DNA of 64,000 nt from an uncultured bacterium (GCA_963732385.1 CAVSZB010000001.1:81193-145192); one strand, 5' to 3'; shown: positions 40,709 to 50,519, numbered from the stretch's first letter. Numbers and translations: made by a program. The notes: generated from the letters alone by a model not told the origin.

Positions 40709-41314
40709 ATGGCCGAGAAGCTCGAAGCGGGCGGCGCGCAGGTCTTGCACGGACACACATCTGCAGGCACCGGTTCGTGGGTCTCGTCCAGATCCCATCC
40801 GCCGCGGGTCATCGTCAAGCCGCTCGAGGCACCGCTGCAGCACCCGCTCTCCAAGCGCGACGTCCAGTTCATCCTGTCGGTGCTGCCGTCGCACTCGACG
40901 GCGGGACTGCGCTCGGTGAGCCTGCTCGACGTCCGCACGCGGCCCGACGGGGCGCCGGTTTTCGCCAGCTACCGGCACGCCGGATTTCTCCGACTGCATG
41001 CGGTGTCGACGTTGCCCTGGTTGATTCCTGCCCTGCCGACGGACGCGGCCGTGGAATTCCGCCAGTACGGAGCGCTTGTCGAGATGCTGTCTGACGGCAG
41101 GTCGCGGGTGGCGTGGCCCGGCGACGCCCTGCGTCTGTACTACGCGCTCGGCGTGATGCTGCCCGGGGTGGCGTGGCACCGGCGGGAGCGGGATGACGGC
41201 GTCGAGCGGGAGGGGGACGTACGCTGGCTCGGCGCGCACGCCGAGCCGTGGTGGGTCTCCGACGCGGCGCTGCGCCAGTGGTCGGACCTGCTGCGGGGGC
41301 GTGCCGCTTTCTGA
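40709..41314 (+). CDS. Hypothetical protein, possible degenerate zincin-like fold
   Basis: RBS GGGAG; HPLSKRDV..L..LP...GLRSV pattern; no HEXXH. Confidence 0.55.
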   Translation: MAEKLEAGGAQVLHGHTSAGTGSWVSSRSHPPRVIVKPLEAPLQHPLSKRDVQFILSVLPSHSTAGLRSVSLLDVRTRPDGAPVFASYRHAGFLRLHAVSTLPWLIPALPTDAAVEFRQYGALVEMLSDGRSRVAWPGDALRLYYALGVMLPGVAWHRRERDDGVEREGDVRWLGAHAEPWWVSDAALRQWSDLLRGRAAF

Positions 41315-41382
41315 CGGATCCGCCTCGCCGGCCTCGCGCCGCAGCGCGAGCGCCGGACGTTCCGCCCGCCCGCCGGGCGCGG

Positions 41383-42762
41383 TCAGTCGCGCAGGTTCTC
41401 GTCGCTGCCGCCGTCGTCGTAGAGGCCGACGAGCTTCGCCACCAGGCCGCGCGCGTCGCGGGCGAATTCTGCCTGGAAAGTATCGACCCCTTCGAGCAGG
41501 AACAGGTCGTCGCCCGCCGGGATCAGCCGGCGGCGCGGTCCGTTCTCCCGCTGGTACATCAGGACGCCGTTCTCAAGCGTGATCCGCCGTGGGCCGTAGC
41601 TCCCGACGTACGCCCGCAACGCCTTCGTTTCGAGCCGGACAGGCATGGCCAGCGCCCGGACCCGCGTGCGGGCCCAGGCGATCCGCTGCGCCGTCTCCAC
41701 GCCATTGTCGCGGCCAGCCGCGCGCGCGGCGAGGGAGTCGAGCGCCGCCAGGTGTGCCGTGGCCAGAGCCTGATCGGACGCGACCTTCACGTCCGGTTCC
41801 ACGCCGGTCCCCTCCCAGTTCGTGCCGGTGATCGGGTTGATCGCGCGGCCGAACGGGATCATGGCGCCGATGTTCAGGCCGGCGAACGCCACCCGGCTGA
41901 CCGGATGGGCGCCGCCCCCGGTTGTCTCGCCGACGATCGTGGCGCGCTTCAGGTTCTTCAGGTTGTAGGTGAACTCCTCCGCCGCGGAGAAGGTGCGGGA
42001 GCTGGTGAGGACGAAGACCGGCACGCCGTCGAGCCGGGGACCGGCCACGTTCGCCTGGGTCCAGAACTGCATGGTGGAGCCGTCGCGCCGGACAAAGAAG
42101 TCGTTCAGGTGCGTCGGCTCGGCGAACAGGTAGCTGCACAGCAGCTGGATCATCGACGGCGAGCCGCCGCCGTTCTGGCGCAGGTCGATGATGAGCGCGT
42201 CGCTGTGGGCGAGGAAGTTCATGGCGGCTACAGCCGTGGCCCCGGCCGCCCCGGCGTCGGCGAACTGCCGCAGGTCGAGATAACCGATGTTGCCGTTCAG
42301 CCGCTCCAGCTTCTCGAAGCCGAAGTTGCGACGGGCCGCCTCGGCGATCCGGATACGCGCGCGCTCCGCGTCGGTGATCCCGGGGCGGTTCTCGGGCGCC
42401 TCGGGCGGCGCGGGGAAGACCCGCAGGTGGAGATCGTGGCTGACCGAATGCAGGTCTGCCGTGAGCCGCCGCGTGAAGTCGGGGACCGCGGTCAGGGCGT
42501 TGTAGCTCCCCTCCGCCAGCCGGGCTCGCAGCAGTTCGCCCATCCGGCGGGCGATGTCGGGAAAGACGTAGGTGGAGTCGAGCGCGGCGCAGAGGCTGTC
42601 TACGGTCGCGGCCCGGGACGCGGTGTCGAGAGGAGGCAGTTCGCGCGCTCCGGGCGGACCCGACGACTGCGCCGACGCGGGAGCGCCGATCAGGCAGGGC
42701 AGAAGCGACAGGAGGAATACGGCCGCGGCGGCGCGGCGCGCGCAGAGCCTACGAGCAGTCAT
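41383..42762 (-). CDS. S41 family peptidase (IRBP-like), secreted
   Basis: YVFPD, DLHL, NIGYL, IDLRQNGGG, TFSAAEEF, GETTGGGAHP, WEGTGVEPD. Confidence 0.93.
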   Translation of the reverse strand: MTARRLCARRAAAAVFLLSLLPCLIGAPASAQSSGPPGARELPPLDTASRAATVDSLCAALDSTYVFPDIARRMGELLRARLAEGSYNALTAVPDFTRRLTADLHSVSHDLHLRVFPAPPEAPENRPGITDAERARIRIAEAARRNFGFEKLERLNGNIGYLDLRQFADAGAAGATAVAAMNFLAHSDALIIDLRQNGGGSPSMIQLLCSYLFAEPTHLNDFFVRRDGSTMQFWTQANVAGPRLDGVPVFVLTSSRTFSAAEEFTYNLKNLKRATIVGETTGGGAHPVSRVAFAGLNIGAMIPFGRAINPITGTNWEGTGVEPDVKVASDQALATAHLAALDSLAARAAGRDNGVETAQRIAWARTRVRALAMPVRLETKALRAYVGSYGPRRITLENGVLMYQRENGPRRRLIPAGDDLFLLEGVDTFQAEFARDARGLVAKLVGLYDDGGSDENLRD

Positions 42763-43763
42763 GGGAGTGGTCCTTTCGGGCAGGGCGCCGGAGCGCCGTC
42801 CAGGTCGAGGATCATCGCGATGGAGCAGCGGCGGTACTTCGCCGGCCCGAGCGGCCCGGCCGGCACGCGCCGGAAGCCGAGGCTCTCGTACAGCCCGATC
42901 GCGGCCTTCAAACGGGGACTCGTCTCGAGGAACAGCGAGCCGGCCCGCCGCGAGCGCGCCGCCACGATGGCGGCCTCCGCCAGGCGGCGCCCGATGCCGC
43001 GTCCGCGCGCCCCCGGCGCCACCGCCATCTTGGCGAGCTCGCAAACTGCGGAATCGTGGCGGATCACGGCGCAGGTGCCGACCACCCGGCCGTCAAGCCG
43101 GGCGAACAGCACCTCGCCCCCCGGTTTGACGATCCGGCCGTGGGGATCGGCCAGCAGGGCCGCGTCGGCCGGCTCCACCGTGAAGAGGTTTTCCAGCCAT
43201 TCCCGGTTGAGCGCCTCGAAGTGGCGCCGCCAGGCGGGGCGGTAGGGCAGGATCTCGATGCGGTCCCCCTCGCACGCCCGCAGCCGTTCCGTCACCCGCG
43301 CGTGCATGCCGCGCACAGTCAGCGCCGTCTCGGTGGCTGCGAGGGCGGCGAGCAGATCGTGGCCGCTGGTCGTCCGCGCCTCCGCCAGCAGCTCGTGGTT
43401 CGCCCCCCGGATCTCCTTCCAAACCGGCGCCAGACGCGCCGCCACGTCGCGCCCCTTCTTCGACAGCCGCAGCAGACGCCGCCGCTCGTCGCGACGGTCC
43501 CGTGCCGTCAGCACGAGCCCGGCCCGCGCCATCTCGCCGGCGAGCTGATTCACGGCAGGATGCGTCAGGCCGAGGGCTCGGGCCAGCTGGGTCACCGCCT
43601 GGGGCGACTCCGCCAGCAGGGCCCGCAGCAGCGGGAACCACCGTGCCTCGAAAGGCGCGTCCAACTCCCGGTACACGCGCGACACGTCGCGTAACAGTCG
43701 CTCGCTCAGGCGTTTGAGGCGGCTGGCCAGGGCCAGTTCGCCCAGATCGGTGATGAGATCCAA
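42759..43763 (-). CDS. Bifunctional MarR-HTH / GNAT acetyltransferase
   Basis: LASRLKRLSE, THPAVNQ, DERRR; LNREWL, ELAKMAV, RGRGIG, LYESLGF. Confidence 0.92.
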   Translation of the reverse strand: MDLITDLGELALASRLKRLSERLLRDVSRVYRELDAPFEARWFPLLRALLAESPQAVTQLARALGLTHPAVNQLAGEMARAGLVLTARDRRDERRRLLRLSKKGRDVAARLAPVWKEIRGANHELLAEARTTSGHDLLAALAATETALTVRGMHARVTERLRACEGDRIEILPYRPAWRRHFEALNREWLENLFTVEPADAALLADPHGRIVKPGGEVLFARLDGRVVGTCAVIRHDSAVCELAKMAVAPGARGRGIGRRLAEAAIVAARSRRAGSLFLETSPRLKAAIGLYESLGFRRVPAGPLGPAKYRRCSIAMILDLDGAPAPCPKGPLP

Positions 43764-43973
43764 GGGTCCTCCCGTCGTGCGGGGGCATGACGCAGGAAAA
43801 GCGTAAGTGGTTTCCTAAATTCTGGCAAGGCGCTTGATTGCACGGTTGTGGATCCCGACGATGCAACCTTTCGCCGCCGGCCCGCGTTACCTGTCCATGT
43901 TGCCATATTCGGCACCCGCGGTACGATCCACCGGCGGGCGTCCAGCCGAACCTCAACACGCGGGAGTTGTGTC

Positions 43974-44537
43974 ATGAAGAAAGCCCACCTGATGCTCGCT
44001 GTGGCAGCGGTCGCGATGCTGGCCCCCGCGGCGGTCCTGGCGGAGAAGAAAACCGATACCCAGAACGGTCCCTTCATCCACGTCGAAGTGCGCGAGGCGG
44101 GCGGGGAAGAGGGCTCGGTCAACATCAACCTGCCCCTGGCCCTGGCCCAGGTGGCGCTGGCCACGATGCAGGAGACCGTCGATCAGCACGCCAGAATGAC
44201 GTTCGACAAGGGCGAGCTGAAGGTGAGCGACCTGCGCCGGATGTGGACGGCGATGCGCAATGCGGGCGACACCGAATTCGTCACCGTGCAGGATGCCGGC
44301 GAGACGGTGCGCATCTACCGCGAAGGCGAGATGGTCTTCGTGAAGGTCAACGAGGGCGACGCGAAGGACAAGGTGCGCATCCAGGTGCCGGTCGGCGTGA
44401 TGGACGCGCTGCTGTCCGGCGAGGGCGAGGAGCTCGACCTGGCTGCCGCCATCGATAAGTTGGGCAGCATGGGGAAGGGCGATCTGGTGCGGATCGAGGA
44501 AGAAGCGGGCGATAGCGTGCGGATCTGGATCGACTGA
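43974..44537 (+). CDS. Secreted hypothetical protein with internal repeat
   Basis: Signal peptide; HVEV..SVNINLPL and FVKV..KVRIQVPV repeats. Confidence 0.7.
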   Translation: MKKAHLMLAVAAVAMLAPAAVLAEKKTDTQNGPFIHVEVREAGGEEGSVNINLPLALAQVALATMQETVDQHARMTFDKGELKVSDLRRMWTAMRNAGDTEFVTVQDAGETVRIYREGEMVFVKVNEGDAKDKVRIQVPVGVMDALLSGEGEELDLAAAIDKLGSMGKGDLVRIEEEAGDSVRIWID

Positions 44538-44604
44538 CGTGTGAGCGGACGGGCGGTCGGCGCAACGCGGCGCCGGCCGCCTTCTCATTTCAGGGAGGAC
44601 GGCC

Positions 44605-45120
44605 ATGACCAGGTTGGCGTTGATCGTCGTGCTGCCGCTCGCGTTGCTCGCTTTGCCGGGGATCCTGCTCGTCGACGTGCAGGAGGGCGGGGCCGACGGC
44701 TGCCGCATCGTCGTGCCGGTGCCGCTCGCGCTGGCCCGGATCGCCACCGTCTTCGTGCCCGACCAGGTGCGGCACGTGAACTGCCCGACCGAGCTGCGGC
44801 GCTGGGCCCCCGTGGCCGACCAGTTCGTGGCCGGACTGCGCAACCAGCCCGATTTCACCCTCGCCGAAGTGAGTGAGCACGACGAGCATGTGACCGTCCG
44901 CAAGTCGGGCCGCCACCTGCTGGTCGACGTGTCGAGCGCCTGCGGCGACGAAGTCCACTGCCGCCTGCCGCTGCGCACCGCAGCCCGCATCCTCGAGGCC
45001 ACTTCGCACGGGCGCCTGGACACCGATGAGGCGGTGCGCGCCGCGTGCTGGATGCCCTCCGGACGGCTGGTCGACGTCACGAGCGCCGATGGGGACCGGG
45101 TGCGCATCACCAAGCTCTGA
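44605..45120 (+). CDS. Hypothetical protein, paralog of upstream gene
   Basis: RBS GGAGG; LVDV..RIVVPVPLALA and LVDV..EVHCRLPL repeats. Confidence 0.7.
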   Translation: MTRLALIVVLPLALLALPGILLVDVQEGGADGCRIVVPVPLALARIATVFVPDQVRHVNCPTELRRWAPVADQFVAGLRNQPDFTLAEVSEHDEHVTVRKSGRHLLVDVSSACGDEVHCRLPLRTAARILEATSHGRLDTDEAVRAACWMPSGRLVDVTSADGDRVRITKL

Positions 45121-45138
45121 GGCGGGGGGGCGGCACGC

Positions 45139-45215
45139 CCGTTCGCTCGCGCTGGTGACACAAAAACATCGGGCCTCCGGTCCGATGTTTTTGTGTCAGA
45201 CGAGCTCGCTCGCGG
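45139..45215 (+). repeat. REP-like hairpin element, copy 1
   Basis: Internal stem 45156-45198; inverted homolog at 46043-46120. Confidence 0.8.
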
Positions 45216-45358
45216 ACGTGTCGCCCCCCGGGCCGTAGGGCGCGGTGATGCGAACTCGGGTGCCCCTGGCGAGCGCGAAGGTGATGCCGGCCGGGCAGGC
45301 TGGGCGGGGGGCTGCGCGGAGGTAGGGCAACCTTCGCGTTTGACGGGATTTGGGAGGG

Positions 45359-45399
45359 TTGACGCGGCGCGGCCGTATGGTTATAATATAGTTATAACC
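45359..45399 (+). promoter_or_regulatory. TA promoter with overlapping operator palindrome
   Basis: TTGACG-17-TATAAT; GGTTATAA-TATAG-TTATAACC at 45379-45399. Confidence 0.8.
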
Positions 45400-45410
45400 C
45401 GGAGGTTGAG

Positions 45411-45641
45411 ATGATCAAGCAACTCCGTAAGGTTGGTAACAGCAATGCGTTGATTCTTGATAAGCCGATTCTGGAGCTCCTCGGCCTGGAGGAGGAAGGT
45501 CAGGTGCAACTCACAATTCAGGACGGCAACCTGATTATCACACCTGCCCGGCCGCAGCTCGTCCGCACCGAAGAGATGGGCGAAAAACTCGACTATGTCA
45601 TAAAGAAGCGTGCCGGCGTGTTGCGGCGGTTGGCCAGGTGA
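45411..45641 (+). CDS. AbrB/MazE-family antitoxin
   Basis: LRKVGNSNALILDK; overlaps the toxin start (GTGA). Confidence 0.9.
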   Translation: MIKQLRKVGNSNALILDKPILELLGLEEEGQVQLTIQDGNLIITPARPQLVRTEEMGEKLDYVIKKRAGVLRRLAR

Positions 45642-46033
45642 AGCAGCCGGTCGTTTTCCTTTCGGTGGACGTCGTACTGCAGATCCATCGCCGGGTCATT
45701 GAGGAATTCGGCGGGGACCCGGGCCTGCGTGAACGCGGGCTGCTGGAGTCTGCCGTCGCCATGCCACAGTCGACATTTGGCGGGGAGGAACTTCATGTCG
45801 GGTTACCGGAGAAAGCGGCGGCATATCACTTCCATCTATGCGCGAATCACCCCTTCGTAGACGGCAACAAACGTGTCGCTGTCGCTGCGGCTGAAGTGTT
45901 CCTGCTAATCAATGGGCAGGAATTGTCGGCGAGTGACAATGAAGTCGAAGTTTTAACGCTGGGTGTCGCTGCCGGGCGGTTGTCCAAAGATCAAGTGATC
46001 GAGTTCTTCGCAAAGTTCGTCAAGGAGTCGTGA
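45638..46033 (+). CDS. doc: Doc (death-on-curing, Fic-family) toxin
   Basis: GLRERGLLESA, NHPFVDGNKR. Confidence 0.92.
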   Translation: MKQPVVFLSVDVVLQIHRRVIEEFGGDPGLRERGLLESAVAMPQSTFGGEELHVGLPEKAAAYHFHLCANHPFVDGNKRVAVAAAEVFLLINGQELSASDNEVEVLTLGVAAGRLSKDQVIEFFAKFVKES

Positions 46034-46042
46034 GTGGGATGG

Positions 46043-46120
46043 CCGCGAGTGAGCGCGTCTGACAGCGAAACATCGGGCCTCATGGCCCGATGTTTTGCTG
46101 TCACCAGCGCGAACGAACGG
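46043..46120 (-). repeat. REP-like hairpin element, copy 2 (inverted)
   Basis: Internal stem 46060-46103; reverse complement aligns with 45139-45215. Confidence 0.8.
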
Positions 46121-46134
46121 CCACCCTGCCCCCG

Positions 46135-46884
46135 CTAGCGCGAGAACAGGTCCTTCACCGCCTGAACCGAAGTCTGCCCGCCCAGTTTCGCGATCGCGTC
46201 CGTCAGCTTGATCTCCTTGGGGCAGGCGCGCACACAGTTCTGGGCGTTGCCGCAGTCGGTGATGCCGCCGGGCCCCATGATCGCGTGGAGGCGGTCTTCA
46301 GCGTTGTTGCGGCCGGTCGGGTGGTTGTTGAACAGCCAGGTCTGGCCGAGCGGCGAGGGGCCGATGAACTTCGAGGCGGGGTGGAACTGGGGGCAGGCCT
46401 CCATGCAGCAGCCGCAGGTCATGCAGCGGGAGAAGTCGTAGTTGAGCTCCCACTGCTGCGGGCTGATGCGCGGGGCGTGCTCGTGGATGTCCCAGGCGCC
46501 GTCGATCGGCACCCAGGCGCGGACCTGACGCAGGGCGTCGAACATGCGCTGGCGGTCGACGAGCAGGTCGCGCACGACCGGGAACTTGCTCATCGGCTCG
46601 AGGGTGATCGGCTGGGTGAGCGGATCGACGAGCGTGGAGCAGGCCTGTCGCACCTTGCCGTTGATGAGCATGGTGCAGGAGCCGCAGACCTCCTCCATGC
46701 AGTTCGCCTCGAAGACGACCGGGGCCACGCGCTGCCCCTGGGCGTTGACGGGATTCTCGCGCAGGGCCATCAGCAGCGACACGATGTTGTGGCGCGGCTT
46801 CCAGGGCAGCGCGAACTCCTCCCAATACGGAGTCGCGTCGGGCCGGTCCTGGCGCTTGACCTTCAGACGGATGACGTCGGGCAT
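46135..46884 (-). CDS. sdhB: Succinate dehydrogenase/fumarate reductase Fe-S subunit
   Basis: CMEEVCGSC...QAC, CMTCGCCMEACP, CGNAQNCVRACP. Confidence 0.95.
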   Translation of the reverse strand: MPDVIRLKVKRQDRPDATPYWEEFALPWKPRHNIVSLLMALRENPVNAQGQRVAPVVFEANCMEEVCGSCTMLINGKVRQACSTLVDPLTQPITLEPMSKFPVVRDLLVDRQRMFDALRQVRAWVPIDGAWDIHEHAPRISPQQWELNYDFSRCMTCGCCMEACPQFHPASKFIGPSPLGQTWLFNNHPTGRNNAEDRLHAIMGPGGITDCGNAQNCVRACPKEIKLTDAIAKLGGQTSVQAVKDLFSR

Positions 46885-46898
46885 CTCGGCCTCCCCCT

Positions 46899-48794
46899 CT
46901 AACGGTAGTCCCGCGGGTCTTCCGGCGGGAGCACGCTGGTGTCGACAGGTTCGTAGGTGATCGTGGGGCCGCCGGGCGTCCAGTCCGCGATCGTCGTCTT
47001 GAGCCACTTCTCGTTTTCCTGCTTCCACTTCGCCCGGTATGCCTCGAATTCAGGATCGCCGGGGAACTTGCCCGCCGGGATCTCCAGTTCGAACTCCGGC
47101 TTCCAGTGGCTGCCGCGGCACTCGTCGCGCAGGCGGGCGCTCTTCACGATCGCTTCGGCGAGGGGGATCATGTCCTGCACCTGGCGGGCGTAGACCAGCG
47201 GGGCGTTCGACCAGCCCTTGGTGTCGTCGAGCTTCATCCGCTTCGCGCGGGCTTTCAGCGCGGCGAGACCTGTAAGCCCTTCGTCGAGCTTCCGGTTGTC
47301 GCGGATGATGGAGCACTTCGTGCGCATCAGCTCGCCCATCTCGCGGTGCAGAGTGTAGGGGGTGTCCTCGCCGGGGCTGGAGAGGAGGTCGTTGTTGAGC
47401 GAGTCCTGGCGCTTCTTCTCGTCGACGAACGCGGCGTCGGTCGGGCCGGCCGGCGACAGGGTCTTGCCGAGGCCCTTCACATAGGCCGCGGCGCTCTCGC
47501 CCGCCACGCGGCCGCTGTACGAGGCCGACAGCAGCGAGTTGGCGCCGAGGCGGTTGGCGCCGTGGTACTGGTAGTCGCACTCGCCGCAGGCGAACAGGCC
47601 GGGGATGCTGGTCTGCTGGTTGCGCGCGCTCGGCTGCTTGAGGCCGCCCGACTTGGGGTCCTTCTCGAAGTCGACCCAGAGGCCGCCCATGCTGTAGTGG
47701 ACGGCGGGAAAAATTTTCATCGGGAGCTTCGTGGGATCCTCGCCGGAGAACTTCTCGTAGATCTCGAGGATGCCGCCGAGGCGCGTGCGCAGGAACTTGG
47801 AATCGAGGTGCGAGAGGTCGAGGTAGACCAGGTTCTCGCCGCCGAGTCCCATGCCGAGATCGTGGCACATCTTCCAGATCGCGCGGGAGGCGACGTCGCG
47901 CGGCACCGTGTTGCCGTAGGCGGGATACCACTCCTCGAGGAAGTACCAGCGCTCGTCTTCGGGGATGGCGCCGGGGTCGCGCGTGTCGCCCTTCTTTTTC
48001 GGCACCCAGATGCGGCCCCCCTCGCCGCGCGACGCTTCGCTCATCAGGCGGTGCTTGTCGTCGCCCGGCATGGCGGTGGGGTGGAACTGGATGAACTCGC
48101 CGTTGGCGAAACGCGCCCCCTGCTGCCAGGCGCGGCTGGCGGCGGCGCCGGTGCTGTTCGTGGAGTTGGTGGAGAGGCCGAACAGCAGCCCCAGCCCGCC
48201 GGTGGCGAGCACGACCGCGTCGGCGGCGAAGGCGCGGGTCTCCATCGTCTTGAGATCGATGGCCGTGATGCCGCGGCAGCGCCCCTGGGCGTCCTTCACG
48301 AGGCTGAGGAACTCCCACCATTCGTACTTCTTCACGCGCCCGGCATCTTCGTGGGCGCGCACCTGCTCGTCGCAGGCGTAGAGCAGCTGCTGGCCGGAGG
48401 TGGCGCCGGCGAAGCAGGTGCGCTTGTTCTTCACGCCGCCGAACAGACGCAGGTCCATCATTCCTTCGGGCGTGCGGCTGAACGTGACCCCCATGCGGTC
48501 ATAGGTGCGGATCAGGCCCGGCGCGTCCTCGCACATCGACTTCACCGGCGGCTGGTTCGAGAGGTAGGCGCCGCCCTTGATGGTGTCGATGACATGCTGC
48601 CAGACGCTGTCACGCTGGCCCTTCAGGTCGAGGCAGGCGTTGATGCCGCCCTGGGCGCAGGCGGAGTGGCTGCGCTTGACCTGGAAAAGTGAAAACAGAT
48701 CGACGTCGTAGCCGGCCTCGGCGATGCGGATCGTCGCCCACAGACCGCCCAGCCCGCCGCCGACCACGATGATTCTCGGTTTCTTGACTGCCAT
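46899..48794 (-). CDS. sdhA: Succinate dehydrogenase/fumarate reductase flavoprotein
   Basis: VGGGLGG, RSHSACAQGGI, QFHPT, SEASRGEGG, HYSMGG, HGANRLGANSL. Confidence 0.97.
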   Translation of the reverse strand: MAVKKPRIIVVGGGLGGLWATIRIAEAGYDVDLFSLFQVKRSHSACAQGGINACLDLKGQRDSVWQHVIDTIKGGAYLSNQPPVKSMCEDAPGLIRTYDRMGVTFSRTPEGMMDLRLFGGVKNKRTCFAGATSGQQLLYACDEQVRAHEDAGRVKKYEWWEFLSLVKDAQGRCRGITAIDLKTMETRAFAADAVVLATGGLGLLFGLSTNSTNSTGAAASRAWQQGARFANGEFIQFHPTAMPGDDKHRLMSEASRGEGGRIWVPKKKGDTRDPGAIPEDERWYFLEEWYPAYGNTVPRDVASRAIWKMCHDLGMGLGGENLVYLDLSHLDSKFLRTRLGGILEIYEKFSGEDPTKLPMKIFPAVHYSMGGLWVDFEKDPKSGGLKQPSARNQQTSIPGLFACGECDYQYHGANRLGANSLLSASYSGRVAGESAAAYVKGLGKTLSPAGPTDAAFVDEKKRQDSLNNDLLSSPGEDTPYTLHREMGELMRTKCSIIRDNRKLDEGLTGLAALKARAKRMKLDDTKGWSNAPLVYARQVQDMIPLAEAIVKSARLRDECRGSHWKPEFELEIPAGKFPGDPEFEAYRAKWKQENEKWLKTTIADWTPGGPTITYEPVDTSVLPPEDPRDYR

Positions 48795-48812
48795 CGCGGT
48801 TCCTTTCGGGTG

Positions 48813-49490
48813 TCAGCGCAGGGCCAGATGGCCGCCGGCGGTCGTCACGGCCTGGAAGCCGAACAGCGCCAGGCCGCCGAGCAAAAGCAGCAGCACGCCG
48901 GCGCACGCCCACACGCCGGTGGCGAGGCGCTGCGCGCGCGGCGCGGTGGTGAGACCCCACGTGATCCCGACCAGCCACAACCCGTTCACGAAGTGCACGA
49001 CCGCGGCGAGGATCCCCACCGCATACCACGCCTGCTGCGCGGGCGAGCTGAAGAGCGTGGCCATGCGCTCGTAGAGCTGCTCCTTGGCGACGTGGCCGAG
49101 CAGGACCTGCACCCGGGTCTGCCAGACGTGCGTGAGAATGAAGGCGAAGGCGATCGCGCCGGCGATCCGCTGCAGGACGTACATCCAGTTGCGGAAGTAG
49201 CCGTAGCGGGTCGGGTTGGCGCGGCCTTCGAACCAGATTATCGCGCCGTAGATCCCGTGGAACAGGATCGGCAGCGCGATGAGCAGGATCTCGGCGGCGA
49301 GGATGTAGGGCATCCGGTCGATCTTCATCACCACATCTTCGGTCCACTGCGCGGCGGTCAGGCGGTGCAGCGGGGAGGCGAGGGAATTCTCGAAGAGGTG
49401 GAAAGCCAGGAAGGCGCCGATCGGGACCACGCCGAGCAGGCTGTGCAGCTTGCGCAAAGCGAAGTGCCGGTCGATGGGGGGAGCGGACAT
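48813..49490 (-). CDS. sdhC: Succinate dehydrogenase cytochrome b558 subunit (single anchor, Bacillus-like)
   Basis: RKLHSLLGVVPIG.FL.FHL, FHGIYG, LQRIAG, HFVNGLW. Confidence 0.93.
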   Translation of the reverse strand: MSAPPIDRHFALRKLHSLLGVVPIGAFLAFHLFENSLASPLHRLTAAQWTEDVVMKIDRMPYILAAEILLIALPILFHGIYGAIIWFEGRANPTRYGYFRNWMYVLQRIAGAIAFAFILTHVWQTRVQVLLGHVAKEQLYERMATLFSSPAQQAWYAVGILAAVVHFVNGLWLVGITWGLTTAPRAQRLATGVWACAGVLLLLLGGLALFGFQAVTTAGGHLALR

Positions 49491-49741
49491 CAGGAACTCC
49501 TTCAACGGGACGGTGTGACAACGGACTCCGGGGCGCGCGAAGCGCTCCGCGCTGGCGGCACGTGACCGTCCCGTGGAGATTAATATCTGGCAGCGCGGGA
49601 GGAAAGCAGAGACTGATCTGTTGCGTTCAATGCCCCGGGGGGGCTAGGCTGGCAGGGACGCCGGCCCTCGCGGGAACGGGCGTTCCCCTGGTCGTGGCTG
49701 GAATCCCCCCCTGAGCGGACATCACGAAGGAAGGAGAGACC

Positions 49742-50419
49742 ATGGGCGGCAGGGCACTCTGCAGGACAGCGTTGACGGCGGCGGCGCTGATGCTGGTGGC
49801 GGGCGCGGCGATGCCGGAGGCGGCGCAGGCGCGGCCGCGGGCGCGGGGCTGGTCGCCGCTGGCGCGGACCGATCTGGTGATCGAGGCGGGCGTGGCGCTG
49901 CCTCTGGGCGACCTCGGCGACGACTACCTGAACACGGAATACGGCTTCGGCGCCGAGACCGGCTACGAAGTGGGAGTGCGGTACCGCGCCTTGTGGCGCT
50001 CCGGCTGGGCGCTCTCTCCCTCGTTCCATTTCGCCGACTACGGCGATTTCGCGGGGCGCGGAACCGACGACACGCCGTTCGTGGTAAAGGCGTCGGTGCT
50101 GCGCTACGGGCTCGACGCACAGTACTTCTGGAATCCGAACGGGTCCGGACCGCAGCCGTTCGTGTCGTGCGGGCTCGCGCTCTGCCGCAACCGCTATCGC
50201 GACGAAACGCTCGGCTCCTTCCCCGACTTCTACGCCGCGTCGACGAACGCGCTGGCGCTGGCGGTCGGGGCCGGTCTGAAGGTCGAGACCTTCGAGATCT
50301 CTCTCGCCTACAACCTGAACCGCTTCGAATCGGCGCAGCTGCTCTACTTCGGCGAACGTACCGACTACAACTGGGACTCGCTCTCGTTGCGGGTCGGACT
50401 GGCGCTGCCGGGCAGCTGA
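49742..50419 (+). CDS. Outer-membrane beta-barrel protein
   Basis: RBS AAGGAG; signal peptide; amphipathic aromatic-rich strands. Confidence 0.65.
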   Translation: MGGRALCRTALTAAALMLVAGAAMPEAAQARPRARGWSPLARTDLVIEAGVALPLGDLGDDYLNTEYGFGAETGYEVGVRYRALWRSGWALSPSFHFADYGDFAGRGTDDTPFVVKASVLRYGLDAQYFWNPNGSGPQPFVSCGLALCRNRYRDETLGSFPDFYAASTNALALAVGAGLKVETFEISLAYNLNRFESAQLLYFGERTDYNWDSLSLRVGLALPGS

Positions 50420-50519
50420 TCGGGCTCCGTTCGTGGTCTCCCCCCAAAGTTGACCGGCGCCGCAGCGGGCGGCGCCGGTCGGGGTGACGGGACATCACCC
50501 AGGCGAAATCGGATCGGGG

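Noticed and set aside
43823..43838. Sigma54-like TGGC-N7-TTGA (also at 61651-61665)
   Set aside because: Lacks the conserved -12 GC
45139..46120. Hairpin repeats as integron attC sites or a CRISPR array
   Set aside because: Only two copies, inverted, without RYYYAAC/GTTRRRY ends, spacers, integrase or cas genes
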